This document shows, piece after piece, positions 58,547 to 64,000 of a stretch of 64,000 nt of DNA. Position 1 is the first letter of the stretch. Each line of letters opens with the position of its first letter. Source of the DNA: an uncultured Alphaproteobacteria bacterium. GTDB taxonomy: Bacteria > Electryoneota > RPQS01. A program made the translations under genes and the position numbers. Location: positions 9,220 to 73,219 of the forward strand of contig CAYJKM010000001.1 in assembly GCA_964370805.1 (NCBI GenBank). Reading direction: 5' to 3'. The notes below the pieces were generated by a model that worked only from the letters and a program-made list of their open reading frames with translations, ran no database searches and had not been told where the DNA came from.

Positions 58547-59323
58547 ATGCGAGGTCTACTTCTCACCCTGACCATTCTGGTAATCACGGGCGCCGCGATG
58601 GCGGCGATCCGGACGCAGGCGATTGAGTACAAGCACGGTGATGCCGTGCTGGAAGGGTATCTTGCCTATGACGACAGCAAGACCGGCAAGTTGCCCGGCG
58701 TATTGGTTGTTCACGAATGGTGGGGGCTGAACGATTATCCCAAGCGGCGGGCGAGAGAGCTGGCGGAACTGGGTTATGTGGCATTCGTCGCCGATATGTA
58801 CGGCAAAGGCGTGACGACCACCGATCCGGCGCAAGCCCGCGAGCTGGTCGGCGCGTTTTACGGCGACCGGGCGATGACGCGGGCGCGCGTCGCCGCCGGT
58901 CTCAATGTGCTGAAGACTCAACCCAATGTTGATCCGGACAAGATTGCGGCGATGGGCTATTGTTTTGGCGGCATGGTGTCGCTGGAACTGGCGCGCAGCG
59001 GCGCGGATATTGACGGCGTGGTTTCGTTTCACGGATCATTGAGCACGCCGAATGCGGACGATGCCAAGAACATCAAAGCCAAGGTACTGGTGCTGCATGG
59101 CGCGGATGATCCAAACGTGAAACCCGAAGAGGTGGCGACGTTCGAGCAGGAGATGCGCGGCGGCGGCGTGGACTGGCAGCTTGTGAAGTACAGCGGCGCG
59201 GTGCACGCGTTCACGAATCCCGCAGCGGGGAGTGACCCAACAATCGGCATGGCTTACAACGAGCGCGCCGACAAGCGCTCGTGGGAAGCGATGAAGGATT
59301 TCTTGGCGGAGATATTCCAGTAA
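58547..59323 (+). CDS. dienelactone hydrolase family protein (secreted)
   Basis: Signal peptide MRGLLLTLTILVITGAAMA. Motifs GVLVVHEWWGLN, nucleophile GYCFGG, VLHGADD and AVHAF. Confidence 0.8.
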   Translation: MRGLLLTLTILVITGAAMAAIRTQAIEYKHGDAVLEGYLAYDDSKTGKLPGVLVVHEWWGLNDYPKRRARELAELGYVAFVADMYGKGVTTTDPAQARELVGAFYGDRAMTRARVAAGLNVLKTQPNVDPDKIAAMGYCFGGMVSLELARSGADIDGVVSFHGSLSTPNADDAKNIKAKVLVLHGADDPNVKPEEVATFEQEMRGGGVDWQLVKYSGAVHAFTNPAAGSDPTIGMAYNERADKRSWEAMKDFLAEIFQ

Positions 59324-59326
59324 TTC

Positions 59327-60448
59327 ATGGCGCACTCTTACACACCCGGGTTGCGGGTTGCGGAAGCGACCGTAATTACAAAGGATCGCCGCCTGCCGCT
59401 GCGCGGCGACGTGCTGGTTACGGTCGGCGAACATCTGGCGGCGGAAGAGGTGGTGGCGCGGACGGCGTTGCCCGGCAACGTCACGCCCGTTAATGCCGCA
59501 AATATTCTCGGTGTAACGCCGCAGGAAGTGGCGGCGAGTCTGCTTGTCAAACCGGGTGACAGAGTCGAGAAAGACCAGCTTGTGGCGCAGGCGAAGTCGT
59601 TTTTCGGGATGTTCAAGAGCCAGCTCAAGTCGCCGATCACAGGCATACTGGAAAGCGTGTCGGACGTGACGGGGCAAGTCATCTTTCGCGATCCGCCGAT
59701 TCCGGTGGAGATCGACGCTTATCTGGACGGCCGCGTGACGCACGTCTATCCGCAGGAAGGGATTGAGATTCAGGCACAGGGGGCGTTTGTGCAGGGGATC
59801 TTCGGCATCGGCGGCGAGACGTATGGAACGATTCACATGGTCTGCCAGTCGCCGGACGAGGTGCTCGACGAGCGCCAGATTCCCGCGGATGCGCAGCGCA
59901 GGATTCTGGTCGGCGGCTCCATCGTTACGCTGAGTGCCGTGCAGAAAGCAATCCAGGCGAAGGCAGCCGCGATCGTAGTGGGCGGCTTCAATTCGCTCGA
60001 CTTGCGAACGCTGTTAGGTTATGAATTGGGCGTGGCAATCACGGGCGGCGAGCAGATCGGCACGACGCTGATTCTCACAGAGGGTTTCGGAAAGATTGCC
60101 ATGGCGCGGCGGACGTTTGAACTGCTCAAGCGGCATGAAGGGCATTTGGCGAGCTGTTCCGGCGCAACGCAGATTCGCGCGGGAGTGATGCGGCCGGAGA
60201 TCATCATTGCCCGCAAGGACGTGACGCATCATGTGCCGCATGACTATGAGGGGAAGGGATTGGATCTGGGCATGGTGGTGCGGCTCATTCGCGAGCCGTA
60301 TTTCGGAAAGCTGGGCAAAGTGACGGCACTGCCGGCGGAGCTGGTGCCGCTAGAAACGGAGGCGCGCGTGCGCGTGCTGGAAGTAGAGTTAGAATCCGGG
60401 CAGCGCGTGACGCTGCCGCGCGCCAATATCGAGATGATCGAAGGATAA
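59327..60448 (+). CDS. conserved hypothetical protein (barrel-sandwich-like N-terminus, KOW/SH3-like C-terminus)
   Basis: 373 aa, starting 3 nt after the previous stop. Contains LLVKPGDRVEKDQLVA and a C-terminal GKLGKVTALP...VRVLEVELESGQRVTLPRANIEMIE. No family name assigned. Confidence 0.6.
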   Translation: MAHSYTPGLRVAEATVITKDRRLPLRGDVLVTVGEHLAAEEVVARTALPGNVTPVNAANILGVTPQEVAASLLVKPGDRVEKDQLVAQAKSFFGMFKSQLKSPITGILESVSDVTGQVIFRDPPIPVEIDAYLDGRVTHVYPQEGIEIQAQGAFVQGIFGIGGETYGTIHMVCQSPDEVLDERQIPADAQRRILVGGSIVTLSAVQKAIQAKAAAIVVGGFNSLDLRTLLGYELGVAITGGEQIGTTLILTEGFGKIAMARRTFELLKRHEGHLASCSGATQIRAGVMRPEIIIARKDVTHHVPHDYEGKGLDLGMVVRLIREPYFGKLGKVTALPAELVPLETEARVRVLEVELESGQRVTLPRANIEMIEG

Positions 60449-60464
60449 GAGCGGCTAAGTAGAG

Positions 60465-60550
60465 AAGCCGGCAGGCTGACAGGCTGACAACTCGGAAACA
60501 AGGCTCTGGTTTTCGGATTGTCGGACTGCCGGCCGGCCGGCTTTTTTTTG
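60465..60550 (+). terminator. long intrinsic terminator built from opposed octamer arrays
   Basis: GCCGGCAG GCTGACAG GCTGACAA CTCGGAAA ... TTTTCGGA TTGTCGGA CTGCCGGC pair arm to arm, counting G:U pairs. Then CGGCCGGC and a run of 8 T. Confidence 0.7.
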
Positions 60551-60630
60551 GCTCTGCAACCCCGGCAACGGCCAGCGAGTTTGAGAAGTAACAACACCCC
60601 GCATGATGGATCTAAGATCGAGGAGGAATC

Positions 60631-62022
60631 ATGCATCGAATCGCAATGGCAGTGGTGATGATGACGTTTCCGCTCTATTGTGCATTTGCTCAGCATCGCC
60701 ATGAAGGTTCCGCCGACAGCAGCCGCGCACACGGTGCGCGGACTTCAATGAACCACGCCGGCACCAACGGCATCCACAACAGTCTGGATGCGCATGAGCA
60801 TCACAGCGGGCTGTTGCCAACATTGCCGGCGCAGCGCGACGCGACCGGCACGGCGTGGCTGCCGGATGCGGCGCCGACGCACGGCGTGCATCAAATGACT
60901 CCCGGCTGGAACTGGATGTTTCACTGGAACACGTTTCTGCGGATCACGGCGCAAGACGCATTCAGCTCCGGCGAGCGCGGCAATACCACGATGAGTGCGC
61001 CGAACTGGCTCATGGTTCATGGTCATCGAATGTGGACGGGGAGAGATCAAGTCGGACTGCGCGGCATGTTTTCACTGGAACCGGCGACAGAATCTGGCGA
61101 CGGCTACCCGCTGTTGTTTCAATCCGGTGAAGAATGGCACGGCCGCGCGTTGATTGACCGGCAGCATCCGCACGACTTTTTCGGTGAGTTAGCCGCTACC
61201 TACGGGCACACGTTTAGTCCGACGGCGGGAGGATTTGCGTATTTCGGTTTGGCCGGGGAACCGGCGCTGGGACCGCCGGCGTTCGTGCACCGTCCTTCGT
61301 CCCAGCATAATCCGGACGCGCCACTTGGGCATCACTGGCAGGACGCGACGCACATCACGTACGGCGTGTTTACACTGGGGACGCGACTGGGGGACTGGAA
61401 GCTCGACGGTTCGGTTTTCAACGGGCGCGAACCCGACGACAATCGAATTAACATCGATGCCATCCGTTTCGATTCGTACAGTGGGCGAGTGACGCTCAAT
61501 CCCTCTGCGCACTGGTCCGTTCAGGCGTCGGCCGGAATGCTGAATGAACCGGAGCGCCAGCATCCCGGCGTCGATCTCTATCGCTACACGGCATCTGCAC
61601 TCTATCAGGTGAACGTGTTGGGATTGGGGAGCTGGTCGAACGCACTCATCTGGGGCATGAACCAGCCCAAGGGCGACCGCAACGTGGCGGAAGGATTCAC
61701 GGCGAGTTCGGATGAGACGCAGCATTCGCTGGGTCTTGAATCCGATCTCGAGCGCTGGAATCACGCGTACTACACGCGTGTGGAGTGGGTCCAGAAGGAT
61801 GCGGCGGATTTGGGAGTCGCACAACTTGGAAATCGCCGCTTTGATATCGGCGCGTTGACCTTGGGTTATGCACATGATCTCGCGCGCACGCGGGTCTTGA
61901 AGCTTGCCGTCGGCGGCCAGGGGACGCTTTATACCGTGCCGTCGGACCTTCAGCCGGAGTATGGGGAATTTCCGGTATCAATGGAGGTCTATCTGCGAAT
62001 GAGTCCGTTGCGGATTCTGTGA
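60631..62022 (+). CDS. putative outer-membrane beta-barrel protein with His-rich N-terminus
   Basis: AGGAGG SD. Signal peptide MHRIAMAVVMMTFPLYCAFA. His-rich HRHEGSADSSRAHG...DAHEHHSG. The rest has alternating beta-strand character. The family is not recognised. Confidence 0.5.
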   Translation: MHRIAMAVVMMTFPLYCAFAQHRHEGSADSSRAHGARTSMNHAGTNGIHNSLDAHEHHSGLLPTLPAQRDATGTAWLPDAAPTHGVHQMTPGWNWMFHWNTFLRITAQDAFSSGERGNTTMSAPNWLMVHGHRMWTGRDQVGLRGMFSLEPATESGDGYPLLFQSGEEWHGRALIDRQHPHDFFGELAATYGHTFSPTAGGFAYFGLAGEPALGPPAFVHRPSSQHNPDAPLGHHWQDATHITYGVFTLGTRLGDWKLDGSVFNGREPDDNRINIDAIRFDSYSGRVTLNPSAHWSVQASAGMLNEPERQHPGVDLYRYTASALYQVNVLGLGSWSNALIWGMNQPKGDRNVAEGFTASSDETQHSLGLESDLERWNHAYYTRVEWVQKDAADLGVAQLGNRRFDIGALTLGYAHDLARTRVLKLAVGGQGTLYTVPSDLQPEYGEFPVSMEVYLRMSPLRIL

Positions 62023-62040
62023 CTACGTGGAAAATTTCAC

Positions 62041-62077
62041 AAAATGAAGGCGGCGGCGAAGCCGCCTTCATTTTTTG
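62041..62077 (+). terminator. intrinsic terminator
   Basis: AAAATGAAGGCGGC-GGCGAA-GCCGCCTTCATTTT followed by TTG. Confidence 0.8.
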
Positions 62078-62129
62078 ATTTGTTTGTTAGTTGACCCAAA
62101 AGTCGCAGCCGCGACATTCGCGCAACTCT

Positions 62130-62157
62130 TTGCAATTGACCGCCAAATGCTTATATT
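62130..62157 (+). promoter_or_regulatory. candidate sigma70-type promoter for CDS 62244..63299
   Basis: TTGCAA, 16 nt spacer, TATATT. Confidence 0.35.
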
Positions 62158-62243
62158 TGCCCTCCGTCATGGGTAGTGGCGCGTACTTTGCACGAAATTG
62201 CACAAAGATCCATTTAATCTAATAAACTGAGGAAGTTTTCATC

Positions 62244-63299
62244 ATGTCCCGCACACTGCTAATTTGTTTGGCCGTAATGACTGCCGCAATCACGACGGCA
62301 TTCGCGCAAATTACGCTTACATCGGAGAGTTTTCCCGAAGTCGGAGGATCTTTTACGCACCGTGACGTTGGCAGCGTAGCCGTGAATCTTGGCTCGCCGG
62401 GGGGAAATCAAACGTGGACAATTCCCGATCATGGCGGATGGGATACTTCCACAGAATCGTTTGTGGCGCCAAGCTCAACGCCATTTGCGGGCGACTTTCC
62501 TGCGGCCACACATGCTTCCACAGAAGACAATACGCTGTGGCAGTATTATCGTCTGGCAGGAAACGGAGTTTTCTATCAGGGCATGGGCGGCGAGGTAGAT
62601 GGATTTGACACGTTAGTGGTATTCAACCCTGAAGTGAGCTTTGTTCCGCTGCCGCTTACCTACGGGACTCAATGGAGTTCCGTTTGGCATATGCAGTATG
62701 AATACGAAATTTCTCCCGGTAATTTCGTCACTGTATTTGTCACGGATTCGACGCGCCACAATACCGACGCGTGGGGAACGTTGAACACACCGTTCGGGAG
62801 TTGGCAGGTCCTGCGGGTTCAGGACCATCACTACACGATGATCACGACAGATCCGCCGGTTTTCTCGCAGACAATGGAGCTTTACGGCTATACGTTTGCC
62901 ACAAACTCGGGTTTCCAAGGGGCAACGATGCGGCAGCCGGATGATGACGACGCTCCGAATCCGAGCTTCACGACGGGCGACGTGAACGTGCGCACATATA
63001 ACCCGACTTCCGCTGAACCCGCGCGCGGGCCGGTAGCGGAGCGCTTTGCGGTCGGCCAGAATTATCCGAATCCCTTTAATCCGAGCACGATGCTGCCGGT
63101 GGAATTGCAGCATGACGCGACCGTGACGCTGGCGGTTTATGATGAGACCGGGCGGCTGGTGTCATCCAACGAGATGCAGCTACCGGCGGGAGCGCATCAG
63201 CTCCCGATTGACGGTTCGCAGTGGGCGACGGGAACGTATTTCGCCCGGGTGTCCGCCGGCGAGCAGATGCTGACCACGAAGATGCAGTTGGTGAAGTAA
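62244..63299 (+). CDS. secreted hypothetical protein with T9SS CTD
   Basis: GAGGAAG SD. Signal peptide MSRTLLICLAVMTAAITTAFA. CTD is NYPNPFNPSTMLPVEL...TGTYFARV...KMQLVK. Confidence 0.8.
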   Translation: MSRTLLICLAVMTAAITTAFAQITLTSESFPEVGGSFTHRDVGSVAVNLGSPGGNQTWTIPDHGGWDTSTESFVAPSSTPFAGDFPAATHASTEDNTLWQYYRLAGNGVFYQGMGGEVDGFDTLVVFNPEVSFVPLPLTYGTQWSSVWHMQYEYEISPGNFVTVFVTDSTRHNTDAWGTLNTPFGSWQVLRVQDHHYTMITTDPPVFSQTMELYGYTFATNSGFQGATMRQPDDDDAPNPSFTTGDVNVRTYNPTSAEPARGPVAERFAVGQNYPNPFNPSTMLPVELQHDATVTLAVYDETGRLVSSNEMQLPAGAHQLPIDGSQWATGTYFARVSAGEQMLTTKMQLVK

Positions 63300-63343
63300 C
63301 CCCTATCCCCTGCCCTTTCCCCACAAGTTGTGGAGAAAGGGAG
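63300..63343 (+). repeat. REP-A hairpin element, copy 5
   Basis: CCCCTATCCCCTGCCCTTTCCCCACAAGTTGTGGAGAAAGGGAG, immediately after the stop codon. Confidence 0.85.
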
Positions 63344-63381
63344 CATAGATTTCTCGCAGCGCGAACAACGCAAGCAGAAGC

Positions 63382-63412
63382 GGGCGTGGCCTTAGTGGCC
63401 ACGCCCGTTTTG
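63382..63412 (+). terminator. intrinsic terminator
   Basis: GGGCGTGGCC-TTAGT-GGCCACGCCC followed by GTTTTG. Confidence 0.75.
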
Positions 63413-63422
63413 CATTGGCGGT

Positions 63423-63459
63423 GTATGACTCCGCGTACAGGGAGTACGCGGAGTCATAC
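63423..63459. other. perfect 16-bp inverted repeat
   Basis: GTATGACTCCGCGTAC-AGGGA-GTACGCGGAGTCATAC. Confidence 0.85.
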
Positions 63460-63635
63460 ATTCAGGGACTGCCAGAAACTGTGTAAACCGTCGCCATCTG
63501 TGGACTTCCGGAATCGGCACAGTGGTTGTAAATATCAATGCCGTGTACATTCCGGATTCAACCGGAAGCGTTGTTCCCGAAACAAGAAGGCGGGAACGAC
63601 GAATTATTCATCATCAAAAGAGAATGGGACAACAG

Positions 63636-64000
63636 ATGAAGAGGTTTATGTTCGTACTGCTCGCACTGCTGTTCGCGAGCACCGGCACTTTTGCGCAGTG
63701 GAATTGGGACATCTTGTGGACACTGACGTACGGCGAGGCTGACGATGAATGGATCGGCGCGATGGCACCCGGAACCAGCGGCGGATTTCTGCTGGCGGGA
63801 CGGACTCAAGCTGCCAACGGGAACGGGTTCGACATTCGCTTGACGCGCATCGACTCGGCGGGGCAGATTCTGGGCAGCACGTATTGCGGCGGCAGCGGCG
63901 ATGAATCGGTGCAAACGGCCGTGCGTGCTCCCGGGGATGGATGGGTTGTTGCCGGCTACACGACCGGGAGTGGAAACGGTGGCCGCGACGTGTACCTGAT
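63636..64000 (+). CDS. secreted beta-propeller-repeat protein, 5' fragment (runs off the window)
   Basis: Not in the ORF track because it is open-ended. ATG 63636 gives MKRFMFVLLALLFASTGTFA. Repeats GG.GDE....AV.APGDGWVVAGYTTGSGNGGRDVYL are the same type as in CDS 37219..38631. Confidence 0.65.
   Translation, partial: MKRFMFVLLALLFASTGTFAQWNWDILWTLTYGEADDEWIGAMAPGTSGGFLLAGRTQAANGNGFDIRLTRIDSAGQILGSTYCGGSGDESVQTAVRAPGDGWVVAGYTTGSGNGGRDVYL

Overview
This is 64 kb of high-GC bacterial chromosome. A hand count gives 41/60 G+C at 22081-22140. Two patches are clearly lower in GC: 33.9-37.0 kb (24-30/60 in sampled lines) and 51.2-53.2 kb (26/60). I call about 53 protein-coding genes, most with GGAGG-type Shine-Dalgarno sites. 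I saw no rRNA, tRNA or CRISPR array. Thirteen predicted proteins end in a Por/T9SS C-terminal sorting domain (YPNPFN ... GxYF ... K-h-h-h-h). That points to an uncultured FCB-superphylum lineage, but the phylum cannot be fixed from this window. Recognisable housekeeping genes are a serA-like dehydrogenase, EamA transporter, hybrid histidine kinase, NRAMP transporter, DEAD-box helicase, DUF1015 protein, aldo/keto reductase, 7Fe-type ferredoxin, glutamate dehydrogenase, Fe/Mn-SOD-like protein, double-CDGSH protein, trpF, GlmL/MutL-like protein, TerC, ppa and dienelactone hydrolase. The most notable observations follow. (1) A ~12 kb nine-gene operon (4853-16714) holds six tandem paralogs of a T9SS-exported family I cannot place, bracketed by Ig-like lipoproteins. 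(2) The window carries a rich, modular set of intergenic repeats. These are a 45-nt hairpin (5 copies), GTAGGG-prefixed hairpins near an intact RAYT transposase, and 7-8-nt micro-tandem arrays. One array type is inserted three times, in frame, as 14-codon blocks inside the GlmL-like gene. (3) Two paralogous secreted proteins have extreme Arg/His/Asp/Trp/Tyr-rich tails. They are followed by micro-ORFs missing from the ORF track and by a 29-bp three-tier hairpin. (4) A conserved terminator-shaped leader hairpin sits in front of two large T9SS cargo genes. (5) A low-GC islet carries a frameshifted trypsin-like protease and an unknown membrane protein. All functional calls rest on motif recognition by eye. 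No database search was run.
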